Positions 1 through 14,127 of a DNA stretch of 64,000 nucleotides are shown piece after piece. A program made the translations under genes and the position numbers. Source of the stretch: Welwitschia mirabilis (taxonomy: Eukaryota); assembly GCA_051453625.1 (NCBI GenBank), contig JBOZIK010000001.1:20554059-20618058 (forward strand), in the 5' to 3' direction. The notes beneath the pieces were generated by a model, which was not told where the DNA came from, ran no database searches, and saw only the letters and a program-made list of their open reading frames with translations. The first letter of the stretch is position 1, and every line of letters begins with the position of its first letter.

Positions 1-1549
1 TAAATAAACTTTTTACTAGTGAATCACACAAAAACGATAGGAATTTTAGCAAACAATTTAGACCTAGCCCATCTACAACTAGTGAATTGAAAAATAAGCT
101 AGAATACACTTGGATAAAAGTGAGATCCAACATAGCTAATTTGAGGTATATGTCTATACATTCAAGCTATTATGCTTTGGATGCTACTTTTCTATAAAAC
201 AAAAAATATTTTTGTAATTTAAAAATGGTATATCTAAATAAGAAAAGATTTCTCAATAAGAAAATGAATCTTAACAAGATAAGGAATAATAATTGTAATC
301 CCTCATAATGATGTCAAAAACTTGCTATAACTTGATTTTTGTAATACTTAATATTTTAAGCTTATGCCCTAGCAAGATAGCTTTAAGTAGTAGTCTTAAA
401 TTTATAAAACTAGGGTATCTTATTATAGTATAGGCTATCTTAAATGTTGTTCTCTCTCTTGGACTATGACATACTTTCAATCTCATAAATGTATTACATA
501 TTTGAAAAGGATTTTAATTGGTTTTGAATAAAAGAATTTGGAAAATGAAACAAAGAGATTAAAATATTACAGATATTTACACTTGGAAATTAAGAATTAT
601 CATTTATAAGATAAGCCACCAAGTAATAGATTTATAGATAAACAATAAATTATTTAATATAAATTATGAATGTCATGAAAGCAATAAGTTTAGAAATGCT
701 ATGCCTCGGAATAAAATGTAAGAAACATGAAGATAGTATAAAAGTTTTCATAAACACTAATACAGTAGTCATCTAAATCCTAACAATAAATTGAAGGAAC
801 AAATTTAAATGATAAATTATGAAATAGTAGTTGAAATGTACTATTGCATGACCAAAAATTATAATTGTATTAATAATGAATGAAATACAAATCTAAATCA
901 TGAACCAAAGTGCATTCATCAATGATGCAAACATTATAATAAATATTGGTTTAGCATAAAATAAAGAATTATAGTTGGTAAGATAGATGTTTTATGACAC
1001 AATAGTTCTCTTATACCTAGGGAGAGGAAAAAACACTTAGAACATTATAATAAGACAATTCCTCATCATAGTTATAGCAAATTTAGACTAGAAATGATAT
1101 AGCATCATGAATATTCAAATGATGGAAAGATAATCTAAGTAATCAAAGATGATTTACTCTTGAGCTAGGCTTTGCTTTTATAACCTTGAATAGGGATGTG
1201 AATTGCATTAGTATGTACTTATTACATTCATAATGACGTATGGTAATTTATCCTTAAGCTATAGGATTTAGGTATGTAATCCTTTATCTCAGTAAGATTT
1301 TTTTGCGTACTTTCGTTATTAAATCAAATTTTGTTCATGTTATAAAGTTAATTCATTAATACATCCTTATTAAGCAATTCATTTCTTCTAAGACTTATTT
1401 CTCCTAGAAACATTAGTAGCATAAATGATCTAGATGGTGAAATTAATCTTGTTGTGTTTTCAAGCATCCATTAAGACTAGAATCCTTAGAGAAATCTATA
1501 ATTAAATTTTCAATTACTAGTCTTTTTTAATAATATTTCAACAAGTATA

Positions 1550-3650
1550 AGGGTAAAACTTGGTTAATGAAAATTTAATACTAACATTGCATTTACACCT
1601 TAAAATATATGATTTACTAAATTTTAAAGAGTGAAATATGTAAAAATGAAAGTAGAAACATAGACCTTAGTAAAAATTTTTATATTAATATCAACAAAGT
1701 TAAATTTTAATATCAAATAAATAGCCTTTACATATTAGAAAGGAAGGACTAGGAATTTAAGCCTAAAAAGGATTACAAACTAGAACATAAAAATAATTAA
1801 TATATAAAAAATAATTAATTATGATTTATATCATTAGAATATGGATGAATAAGGAAATGCTTATAGAAAACTGAAGGGTTATCTACCCAATGCGAAAAAA
1901 AATTATAAGAGGTAGTTAACCTAAAAATGGACCTTCTCTACCTGCAAGCTTATTTTAAAAATAACATGATAAATAATATAAACCTTCTTTGTACAAAAGA
2001 GATCTATATGAGAATATTTTCTTATGAAAAACTCGATTACATTAATGTTCCCACATTTTATATATAATAATACTATAAATGAATTTTTATAGAAAAGGTC
2101 GAGAAGGAGGTAAATGAGGTACCTAATTAAAGAGATTTAAACACTCATAATCAAATGGAATCTACATATTTTCATTCAAAAAAATGGAAAAGAATTTTAC
2201 TTAAGACACAATAGGAGTCAACTAATAAATCAAATCCAAGATGAAGAAAAAGAAGTTTAAAAGAAATCTATGATGTAAGAGATATTAAAGAAAACACATT
2301 ACTATAGGAAGAGATAGAAATATTTAACTTAAATAAAAATGAGATTTTTAAATATATTCTAAATCATCTATATTCCATTTATGATTCTAGTAAGAATTAA
2401 AAAGGTGGATAGAGTATAGAAGGTTGTAGACTTTGTTAATTTTAAAAGGTTATAACTATGATTTATCTATCAATTTAAGAAAATTCCATGTGGATTATGA
2501 TTATCAATTAGCTAGAGATTGTATTTTAGGAAATCATGCAGCTTGAAAGAAGTAAAGGAACATTATTGTTGATGAGTCAAATAACAAATCTTGTCAATTG
2601 AATTTACTTCCCTTGAAAACAATTATAACTTAAAGAAATAATTTATTTTTTAAATCACCTTAAGGCTAATTTAGGAGAATGAAATGCTAGTAAAGCATTA
2701 GAAAAGGGGATTCCCCATGGATTTAATACTTAAAGCATTGATGGAGGAAATTCCATATCTTGTAACTTTATAAGATACTAAATGGATATTTATTTCTTCT
2801 AATTACTTCAAAAAACATGTATATCTCCTATTTTGGATTTATAAAGGAAGACTATCCAATTCATAGGATGAACACCTTTTTAAATAGACTAATGTTTAGG
2901 AAAGGTATTTTTAAAATATATTTATAAGTAAATAATTAATAGGATCAGATTTATCAATCGCTTACAAAATTCATTTACTACATAAATTTTGAGAATGATT
3001 AAAATAATATATAAAACCAAGTCTACTTATATTTTTTAAAAGATAATAAAAAATTCAAGCCACTCTGGTAAAATCTTTTTTAATGTTAGATTTTAATCAC
3101 ATATAACTTCTTAAAATAACCTCTAGCTTTTTATAAGCTTATTGAGAAAGATACCAACAAGAAGAAGAATAATCATTAGTAGAAACTATAATAGATTTAC
3201 ATATCCTAAATATGCTTGCAAGTAAAATATTTTTAGATTACCATTTATCTAGCTTCTTTCAAATTTTGTTTAAAAATCCTTATCAAAGATTACTATGAGA
3301 TTTAATAAAGGAAAAAGAAATTCCCAAAACTTTAGATATATTAGTAGGCTAAATAAATGATCAAGATTAATTAGAAAACTATTAGTAATTACTACCTAAA
3401 GTAAAAACAATTTAATTTTAAATCCTAAGAGAATTCAATATTAATCTATTTAGTAGAATATATGCAAGATCATCACTTTTATTCTTTTTAGTAATAAAAA
3501 AGGATTCATTTACAAAGTGCATATTAGTGATATGTTTGAGTCATTATGAATTTGAACATCCTAAATTAGAAGTAGTTGTTCATCTATGTAAATTATGTAT
3601 TTTAGGAAAAAAATAGCTAATAAAATAAATGGATAGGGAGCTAAGAGATT
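1550..3650 (+). mobile_element. Extremely decayed Ty3/Gypsy (Tekay/Del-like) internal remnant
   Basis: Only traces are readable: RT-start-like 'PHGFN/MDLIL...IPY' near 2710-2760 and RNase H-like 'AY.S..L..YE....LEVVVH' near 3520-3590. Very A/T-rich, no ORF; boundaries approximate. Confidence 0.4.
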
Positions 3651-3652
3651 AC

Positions 3653-6130
3653 TGCAGTGTGAATTTATGCAATCTTTAAGTNNNNNNNNNNTTTAAGTCC
3701 TTAGGCAAAACCTGTAAATCCTAATACATGTAGAAAATACATACTAGTATAGACAGGGGTTAACCCGAATGTCGTAATCTATTGAAGGCACTAGGCTAGA
3801 AGTTAGAAAATTGATTTCATGAAATATTTTTAATCTTTTCTATTTCATCAAATAAAAGTAAACAATAATGTAAATACAATGCAATAATGAATGAAGATGA
3901 AATGTAATGGATGAATGCAAGTAAGATGAGTTCCTTTTGGACTTTAATCCTTCTATTATAAGAACTATTTCTATATAACTTAGATCGATTTGGAAGAGTT
4001 CTATTACTTGTTCCTAATCAACATAAACTATAAGAATTGTCAAGTATAATATGAATAATGAAAATATGAAACTGAAATGAAATAGCAATGCAAATCTAAA
4101 CTAACCAAGTCAATCTTAATAAAGGTTTCCCTTATGATTTAAATAAACTATAGAACTATTAATAAACTATAATCAACTTAAAACATAAGGGAAATTTACA
4201 CAATAGTAGAGAAAAGAGTAATTGAAATGATCATAGAACTTTTACATTCACTTATAATAAAGTAACAGCACCTCTGTGGAGGATACTCAGCCCAAAACCA
4301 AGGTAAACTTCTCTTTGTAGCCACTAAATGGACCTCTTGTTCTTTAATCTTCCTTCACAAGAACATTAGGTTCAAAAGATGAATTGGAAGTGAGGACAAG
4401 GTAGGTATTTATATTTTTACATTAAAGGTTCTAGAACCATGATCCTAGAAGTTAGAGAAGAAACCCCAGTAGCCCAGGTAATGCACATGACCCCATTATA
4501 AGATAATTTAGTCCTGTTTATACAAAACAATTGTCATCTAGCTATCATGAGGATAACACTGGGGATGATGCCTATTGTAGTGCATATTTGTGCAAGTGAT
4601 TAAGCTCAAGAAGATCCTGTTATTCACAAATAAAATAGATATTTGCATAATACAACATGCTAATATAAACGGGAGTTAATCCGAATGTCGTAATTTGTCG
4701 AAGATCCAGGCTAGAGAAAGAGAATTGATTTTCATAAGAAACACTTTGTATTATATCAACAAAAATAAATTGTAATACAGGAAAAAGTACAATTCAATAC
4801 ACCTATGAAAAGTTAATCTAAGAAATAAAAAATAAAAATGCACCTAAACTAATAATGCTTAACCTTGATAAAAGTTACTCTCATAACCTATATCACCTAA
4901 GAAACTATCAATAAATCAAGATTAATATAAACTATGAGGGATAAGAACAAATAAGCATAGAAATTGTAAATAAAGTCTTTATATTAATTGAACCACATCT
5001 ATGTTACAAAGCAGCTACACCCCAATGAAGAAAGCACAGTCCAACAGCAACAAAGACGTCTCTCTACAATTACCAATAATGGATTTCTGACCCTTCGATC
5101 TTCTATCATGAGAATTTTTGGTGCAAGTAAAGACAAAATGGAGTCGAGTGGAATAGATACTTATTAACACAAACACACAATAATAAGACAGATAGATAGG
5201 TGCGGGCACAACCCTAACGGCTGTGCTAAAAGACATACAAACACATGACAAGAGTTAGGTAAATGTTCAGTGGGATGTTATAACATATGTCATCCTGTTG
5301 ATCATCTGGATGATATAGAGGATGATGCCATCTCATAAGTAATCCACATCATCTGCCAAATTGATTATAATCAGCATCCTCATTGACTTTAATCTTATAT
5401 CATTTGTACTGTCATCCAGATGATAGGCTTTTAGTAGTTTTCATCCAATGCATTAGCCTCAATGTTTACAAGAAATCTGTCTCAAAAATAAAAAGTATTG
5501 GGAACTACTCCAAATGCTGTAAAATGTCATGGAGATTGTGTGTTTTTGTATCTTTCATCTTAGCTCTTCATTATCATGGGAATGCAGCATAAACTTGTCT
5601 AATACCCTATAAAACTACTTAAAATACCCTATAAAAAATATGCAAGCTAGTAGCACAATAGTGCCCTATAATAATAGATAAGTCATTAGCTTTCGGCTTC
5701 ACAATCAATCCTATAGTTAGCTCCAGATGTGTCGTCATCCCTTATGTCATGGGGACAACAATATGGATGACACCTCCTTAGGAAAGTGGGTTCTTTGTCT
5801 TCTAACTCCAGTCTATATTACTATTGTAATGGGCTATTTTAGTGCTGTTATCTTGTCTATCATGAGGATGACGATGGGGATGACACCCTTCAAAAGCTCT
5901 CCAGCTAAAGGAAATCAGCCTTCTTCATCACTAATATTCCTCCAACATACTAAGTACTAGAACATGCCTGAAATACCTCTAAATATGTCAAGAATTACAT
6001 GTTTCCATGATCATCTGATTGGTTCTCCATAATCATTAGAATTACATCCAAACTTGTATAAATGTCCTACAAAAGTACTCAAAATACACCATAAAATTTC
6101 TACAAATTGGAATTGTAATAGATACATCCT
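3653..6130. mobile_element. Two related LTR-like remnants, one apparently nested in the other
   Basis: Similar starts TGCAGTG (3653) and TGTAGTG (4576). Shared block GTTAA(C/T)CCGAATGTCGTAAT...AGGCTAGA at ~3758 and ~4675. The 'CTATCATGAGGAT.AC' motif at ~4540 recurs at ~5857. TSD not resolved. Confidence 0.5.
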
Positions 6131-6149
6131 TGCTAAACTAAAATTTAAT

Positions 6150-9100
6150 GCTAAAATAATTTGAAGTACCAGTTTAATAGTATCACGTGCACTAATGTTT
6201 TTAGATAAACAAGTTGAACAAATTTTTAACCCAATCATAGATTTTTAAACATTTAAAAAAAAACTGCATTGAATTTTATTATATTCTTTTGCATAATCAA
6301 GCTTAACAAAGATCACATCTTAACTAAAATATTTTTCCCTGTTACATTACCTTTCATGTCATAACCACATCATTAAGTATATATTTGTCTTCCATATAGT
6401 TAGACTATTCATTATAGATAACATTAAGTAAAGCGAATTTCAATCTAAAAGGTAAACATTTCATCAAAATTTTATATGAAACATCAAGCAAGGTACTTAA
6501 ACATTAACTAATGATAATATTAAGATCTTTAAATTTTAAAATAAGTTTAATAACTTCTTAATTAATATAAGATCTTAAAGAGGATTTGTAAATGGCTTCT
6601 TGAATCATATGCTAGAAGTATTATCCTATTATATCCTAATGATTTTTATAAAAATCAACTAAAAAACCATCAAGACTTGGAGATTTTTCATTACCTATAT
6701 GACAAGAGACTTCTTTCAATTCTATAAGAGTAATTTTCTTTTTTGAGATAAAGTTAAGAGCTAGAGTTATTACAAGGAATAAAAGTTGTATTTTAATGAA
6801 ATAAGTAAGGATCAAAGACATCTACCTTAAAGATAGATGAAAAATAATCTACTACAAAATTCAAAATACCATCTACCTTAGAGATTAAATAAGTATGAAC
6901 AATTAGTTATGCAAGACGCTGATTTTCACTAGCATTTGATTTTAAAAATTTAAAAATGTTGAATGAGTAACCAACTTAATCTACTTTTAATTAAAACAAA
7001 AGAAGTAAAGTATGTTTTTTAAGCTTGTAAATGCTTTCTAACATTGATTAATAAGGCTTGAGAATGAACATTTGAGAGATCCTATAAGATTGATGGAAAA
7101 AATAATTAATTATAAAAGAAATACATTGATATTCACCAAGATTAGCATTAGTCAATTGATTTTGGAAATGATAAGCATAATTCCTTTATTTATAGGTAGT
7201 GTAATGCCACTAAGCTCATTAATCAAAAAGAGTAAATAGGATAATGCTCAATGTTTCATAGAATTTTAATTTAATCTTATCCTTATTTATAACTTAAATC
7301 TTGATAATGTAATTGAAAGAGGTATTACTTTTTTGAGTGATTACTTATATAAAAGTTAACATTTAAGAAAATTAGAAAATGATAAGACAGAATTACCTTT
7401 GGTAATGGTTTAATGTAAATTAGAAATCCTAAAATGAGATCATAGAATAATAAAAATGATCTAACCTCCTTAATATGTCAACAAAACTATTCTCAAAGTT
7501 AGTTAGTTAAAATTAAAAAAGCTTGATTATGGGTGGAATAAATTACAAACGTTTATCAATTAAATAAAATTGCTCCTTAAAAGACATCTAAGCTAAAAAT
7601 TTTAAAGCATCTAAAGCACAAAAAACATCATTCAATTTATCTTTCAAAAATTCCAACATATTAAATTATCTTTAAAAAATTCAAGGAGTATTACATAATC
7701 TAGAAACTAACTCCTTTCATAAAAGGCATCAACTAATAGATTTATTTGAAGCATGAATAGAAAAAATTCTAAAAATATCAAATTTCAAAGCAAAATTATC
7801 CTAAATTTCTCATTGTTGATAATCCTAATCATATGAGTGAATAGGTTTATTTAATCTTAAATGATTAATAATACAAGCACCTCCTCACCCTTTTTAATAA
7901 GAAGATGAACTATCAAGTTTATTATGCATAAAGGATTTATAAGTAAAATCCATATTAGAGGTTAGAATATTATTTTTTTAAAGAAGGATAAAATGAATTG
8001 AGACAAAGAAACAAAAACATAAACTTGTACATGTCTCATGAAGTCTATATATAAAGCCTTAAACCTTTCATGAAAAAATAATCATGAGGAGGAGGAATGA
8101 GGTCTAACTTCATTTTTTGACAAATTAACATATACACACATGAATCAACATTCTTGACTGAAGATAACATAGAAAAAGAATTAGAAGTAGGAATATGAGC
8201 TACGAATGATGTTTTTAAAGGATGAATAGAAATGTTACCATGTTTTTACTTTTTAGTTTTATTACTACAAGATCTTGTTTTCTAACTCAACTAAAGTAAA
8301 AACCTTCTAAATTAGTAATAGGTTATTTTCAAGAATTTGAAATAGCCTTGTTCTTAATCCTTAGAGTTAATGCTTATGATTTGAAAAAGTCTACTAAACC
8401 TAAGCTAAAGTTTGATTGTTAGAATTATTAATAGAGTATAGAAAAGAACCAAATTAAAATCTTGAGTTAGAGCATTTACATAAAACTTTTATTTTTAATT
8501 TTTCATTTCCTTTTTAAACATGGGAAGGTTTTATAATTATAGCCCTCATGGTGATATAATTAGAGGAGTTCAGAAGATTAAAATCCATCACACATTAATA
8601 GAAGGTTATACATCACCTTTTAATGTGAAGATTTTCTCTTGATTTGTTAAATTTATCTAAATAACATATAATTTAAAAAACCTTTAGCAAAAACTCTATC
8701 TTTAGAATTAAGAATATTTCTAATAAAGCCAACAATTTCTTATTTTGAAGGTTGGTGGATGAAAAGTAGATTTACAAGTTCAACCATGTCAGGATCAATC
8801 TAATGCAAAGGTCATATAATGAGAATAACATGCTTATGAAAAAAGAAGCAAAGATTACTTATTTACTCTACCATTAAATTATTTTATGATTCAAGAAGGG
8901 AAAAAAATTCATGCAAGAGATGGAGTATGTTTTATAAGAATATTTTGTTGCATCAAAACATATTTAAGACATGAGATGATTGCTAAAGAAAGGGAAACTT
9001 ACATTAAAGAGTATTCAAAATCCTTCTGCTTACTATTAAGAATAATGTAAGCCAAAATTGAAAGACAGTTTAGCAAAAAGCCTTGCAAAAAATCTCCTTT

Positions 9101-9400
9101 GACTTTAGTGGAAAATAAAAGTTTATTTTGATAAGATTAGATGAAGGAGTTATATTAAAAACCCATTTTATTTGAATGCTACAATTCAAGTTAAAATTAG
9201 AGGATTAATAAGTATCTTAAGAAAGAGCATTCATCATTTTTGAATTAAAATATGAAGATGGCAAAGTATTTAGAGGGAGTAAATTACATGCAAGTTAGAG
9301 TTAAAAACATGCAAGTTATGTTCAACTAAAGTCACTAAAGAAGAAGATCATGTTTTTCTTTAGTACTCTCAAACTTCTTTGTTAGGAGAAAATTAAAACA
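6150..9400 (-). mobile_element. Degenerate L1-type LINE (ORF2 remnant, probably with upstream EN/ORF1 remnants)
   Basis: ORF 6636-6821(-) reads ITLIELKEV...KSPSLDGFLVDFYKNH, matching the L1 pre-RT motif KSPGPDGF..EFYK. Flanks are too decayed for exact ends. Confidence 0.6.
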
Positions 9401-9789
9401 NNNNNNNNNNTTACATATAGTTATTTTGGTTGTGTTCAAATAAATTTAACTTATAATGTTTTCTATTCTATAAATCCTATGCATCTTTATGAATATAATT
9501 TTGGCCGAGAGGCCAATCCCTAGCCATTGATACATCTAGGATAATGTTATGTTTTTCCTTTATCTTAAAAATATTTTTAACATTAAAATTTTATTTTAGT
9601 TAAAAAGTAACTAACTTTTGAAACAACAAACATAGTAACCTTTGAAATAGTAAAACTTATAAATTTTGAAATGGCAAACCTAATAACTTTTGAAATGGTA
9701 AATTTTGAAATGGAAAACTTAATTTTGGGAAAAACTAATTTTGGGAAAAACTAAAAATATCTTTAGTAAAAAAATAAAAAATTAATTTT

Positions 9790-10030
9790 TGATTTTAGGG
9801 TCATACTAAAATTATATTTTTAGTTAAAAAAATGAAATGAAAAACTTATTTTCGTAGTCATACTAAAATTATATCCTTAGGTTAAAAAATGAAAAACTAA
9901 TTTTTGAAACAATAAACCTAATTTTGGGGTCATACTAAAATTATATCTTTGGTTAAAAGTAAAAGAGTAAATTTTAAAACAACAAACCTAATTTAATGGT
10001 CATACTAAAATTATATCTTTAGTTAAAAAA
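9790..10030. repeat. Imperfect tandem repeat (~60-70 bp unit) in the Helitron 5' non-coding region
   Basis: GTCATACTAAAATTATAT...GTTAAAA occurs four times (~9800, 9858, 9929, 9999). Confidence 0.8.
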
Positions 10031-11322
10031 CAAATAATTAGTTTCATAAACTGCAAACCTAAATTAATGGGGCCATATTCATTCTATAAAACAAGGCCCA
10101 AACTAACACACGCAATCAAAATATAATCAATAAGGATTTATAATTTGAAAAGTAAAGTCACTCTAAATATTTTACTATGTAGAAGTGGAATTTGCTCTAA
10201 AGCAGTGGAATTCTCTCCCTATAAAGGTTTGCTCCTTTTTCCAATTTATTTTGTTTTTATGCATTTTGATAATGAAAACCAAAATGTTATGTGCTTTAAT
10301 CGTTATAGATACTTTGCTCAGTGGCATGTTCACTTTAGAATTTTGAAAAATATTACAATACAGATTTAGAGTTATAATATTTTTACTTTGAAAATTTATT
10401 TTTGATATTAATTTTTATTTTCCATTAGCCATTTTTACATGAATAATAAGAAAAGCTCTAAACTAAAACTAAAATCTTATTTTTTATCATGACCCAAAAA
10501 ATTCTAATAAAGAGAATAATATTTATGATACAAATAATAATTAAGTTTTGTAAAAGATTTATAATATCTACATAGTATTAGTTAAACATGAATTACACCA
10601 TGACTTTAACTAATATTAGATTTGTATATTTTACATTTTTTTTAAACTTTCATTTTGTTTTAAATATGGTATATACTAAAAAATAAAAAAAGGTATAATA
10701 GATAAAAGAATAATAATAATTTTTAAACTTATTTTTATTTTTATCTTTTTTTTAAACTATACGTTTTGTACTAATTAAAGTTTTTAAAAATAATTTTGAT
10801 AAAAAGATCTTCGCATTTTAGACTAGATTTTCTTTTTTTTTATATTAATATTTTTAATGTTAAGTTTTTCAAATTAATTTTTATATATCAGATTTATTTT
10901 TTAAATGATGATTATTTTAAAATTTATTTTTTATTAATTAAGTTTTTTAATAAAATTAAGTATTTTAAATTATTTTTTAAATAATTGTTTTTAAATTTAA
11001 TTTATTTTTAAAAATTAGTGTTTTAGATTAATTTTGTTATAAATTTAATTTCTTTAAATCATGTTTTTTTAAATCAAGCTTTTGTAAATTAAATTTTTCA
11101 TAAAGTAAGTTTTTTAGAAAATTAAGTTTATTAACTTAAATTTTTTAAATAAGTATTTTTAAATTAGGTTTTTATAAAAATAAGTTTTTCAAAATTAAGT
11201 CTTTTCTTCTTTGACATATGTTTTTTAAATTTATTTTTTTAAATTTTTTGAATTTAGTCCATTCTTTCAGTTATGTTTATTTTCTGAATGTAGTTTCTTC
11301 TATTCATTTTCAGTTTTGTAGA

Positions 11323-12838
11323 ATGGATTCTAAGATGGAATACTAGTGAGCTCTTAATTGTGAAAGGCAAAGAATATATTGTGAGAGGTAAAGATTTTGT
11401 AGGGAAACTGCTCACTTAACAAACTCTTTAAACATATTTAATGATAACAATGAGAATAATAATCAAGAAGGTATGAATTAATTTTATTTATAAGCTTACT
11501 ATTTTATTTATAAGCTTACTACTTTATCAAAATTAGATTTGTAACAAAATGACTCTTTTTTATGTTCATAAATAATATGAACAATTAAGCTCTTTAAGAT
11601 AGTACTACATCATTTAGTATTATAGTACAACACTTGATTAATCATATAGTGTAAGAACGACATCAATAAATGGAAGACATGCTTATAGAAATAACCCCCT
11701 TAGTAGAGTCAATGAATAGTCAGTAAACAATGGTATGACATATACAAGTCACATGTATAACATATAGAGTCCTTTATCCTTAACAGGAAGACAAGAATAT
11801 GTAAGGCAATAGAAAGTGATTATGGGAGAGGATGTTTATCATAATCAACAATCATGCTTATGGAGAGCGCAATGAAAAAGGCAGTGTAATATAATAGTAC
11901 CAACTTCAATGTTATCCCCTCTACAAGAAATCTTGAGCAAACATTAGATCAACCTCTGTATCATAACTTACATAAACTTAATGGTAATACATCTAAAAGA
12001 ATTGAGACATTTTGGAGAGAAATATGAGTATTTGCACAACCAAGATCATGCATAAATTGTAATAAGATGTATCAGTCTATAGAGCTACTACAAGGTAGAT
12101 ATGATCCAACCTGCAGATTGTGTCAACATGAGAAAAAAAGAAGGCATCACATCTACTGAAGAAGAAATTAGATATTTCTCTACTCTAAATGACATGATCT
12201 AGTGCCTCATACATTTGTTTTATCCCATATTACAAATGTTGAAGAGATGCATATTTCGAGGATAAATCCATTGCTTTAAGTTACATGTACATGCAACTAG
12301 TGGTTAATTGGTATATCGAGGGCACAGAATAAGCTTTCTACAAGATGTGTCACATATTACAATGGTTTTGCCCTATAAAATTACATAAATACCCATTCTT
12401 ATTTTAAAGAGAAGGAGTCAAATAGACACAGAATATAATTTTATTATAAATAATATGCGAGGTTATTAAGCCTTATGCTTTAAGAAGGAGAATGATCCTT
12501 TCTATTAAGACTTTGAAATAGATATGATGCCTTAGATGATATTAGTAACAATGAAGATGCTCATGTCTTTCATATGCTTCGTAACAATACTCTTAGTAAA
12601 GGGAAATGGGAAATGAAGCTATCTTTTGATGGTCCAATTCTAGAAACAGAAGAGTCTAACATTATTTAGCACATATCCTCAACTGTCACATGATGTACTC
12701 TATTGAAAGAGACCTTGATGCTAGAAAGAACTAGCTGCAAAACTCGTATAATAATCTCTTGATAAGTGTTCAATGGCTATTACTAAGAGAGTCACCAATC
12801 AATAAGGTTAACACTAGAGGTATGCTATCAATGCCATT
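11323..12838 (+). pseudogene. Helitron RepHel pseudogene, N-terminal part (basic region, Cys motif, DUF6570-like domain)
   Basis: ATG 11323 reads MDSKMEY**ALNCERQRIYCER (decayed 'NRERQRRYRER'). Then CINC...CRLC, 'HITNVEEMHISRINP', 'YRGHRISFLQDVSHI..VLP...IPILILKR' and 'ESPINK...GMLSMP' up to the Copia insertion site. Confidence 0.75.
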
Positions 12839-14085
12839 TGTTAAGTTATAATGTATCAAGTTGATGTCAAACTAACATTTTTTGGTATAGCAGAATGTGT
12901 GTGTATCCCTTGCAGAAAATATTAATCCTTGAAGGTCATAAGAAATAAACATTTATCACTAATCTACTTGAACCTAATAAGTTTCAGTGCCTCAAGGGCT
13001 TGAATGGATTCCTAAGAGGTTGACCGCACCTATACTAAGAAGTATCAAAAATAAATTACTGAGGGGTCGACTGAATTCCTAAGGGGTTAACTGAACCTAT
13101 ACAATAAATTTATCACATTTGAGCATCAAAGGGTCGATCAGACCTAGAGTAAAAATGTTTTCATCTTTTATCATCAAGGGGTAGACTAGCTCCCTGAGGG
13201 GTTGAGTGGACCTAGGCTAAAAATGTTGTTCTACACTTTTCTTCACATGGGTCGATCAGATCAAAATGTGGTCCAAAATGCAGTTGACCAAATATGCAGT
13301 TAACTGGATCCCAGATGGAATCGACCATACATGAAGATGTAAAAATCTTAGGTTGATCGAAAGAAGATGGGGATAATCAACTTCAGTAATGGCACTTAAT
13401 GAGGTCAATTGAACATTTCGAGGGGTCGACTAGTCATGACAGAAACAAGATTTTCCTAGCCATTGCCCTCCTATTTTTATCTATTGGAGAATTTGATTTA
13501 CTTGTAAAACCCTAAAATGTATCTACTATATATTTGTAAGCTATCAAAATCATTAGACGATATTTTTGGGCACATATTCTACCTAACCAAAAAGCAAATG
13601 AACATATTTTTTATTATTAGCCTTTTGGTCAATTAGTTTGCATTATATGTGGGTGGATTGTATTATCATTTCAAATAGTGTAGTACTATTATTGTTGTAC
13701 TTCAGATCTAGTAAAGCCTGTGCATTATGATACACTATTGACACTAAAAAGCATTCTCTTTAAAGGTTCAAACTGAGCCTCTAAAAAGTCCGATTGTAAA
13801 AGGTTATAAGTGAATCTGAAAAACCTGGAAAATGATTAATGGAGACTTAGATCAGATTTGGGTAGAAGATAATAATCGAGAGTGGAGTAAGGGCTTTTCC
13901 AAACCACTATAAATCATGTGTCAATCCTAGTTGGTATTTTGTATTTTCAGTTATTTTCATTTAGATCATTTGTTTGATATTTCATATCCACAAGTATTTT
14001 GAGTATTCAATATTTTGTGGAGATAGATTTTGATTTATTTTTTTTAGATCATATTCACCCCCTATTTAGCATTCTAGATCCTTAA
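12839..14085 (+). repeat. 5' LTR of the Sirevirus-like element
   Basis: Colinear with 22614-24017; starts TG and is followed by decayed PBS TTTGATGTCAGCGCC. Confidence 0.9.
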
Positions 14086-14127
14086 TTTGATGTCAGCGCC
14101 ATAGATCTAGACTTTTGAACCCTAATT

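Noticed and set aside
5015-10984. Short ORFs in the track within LTR or AT-rich DNA (other than 6636-6821)
   Set aside because: No motifs or splice context; consistent with chance ORFs.
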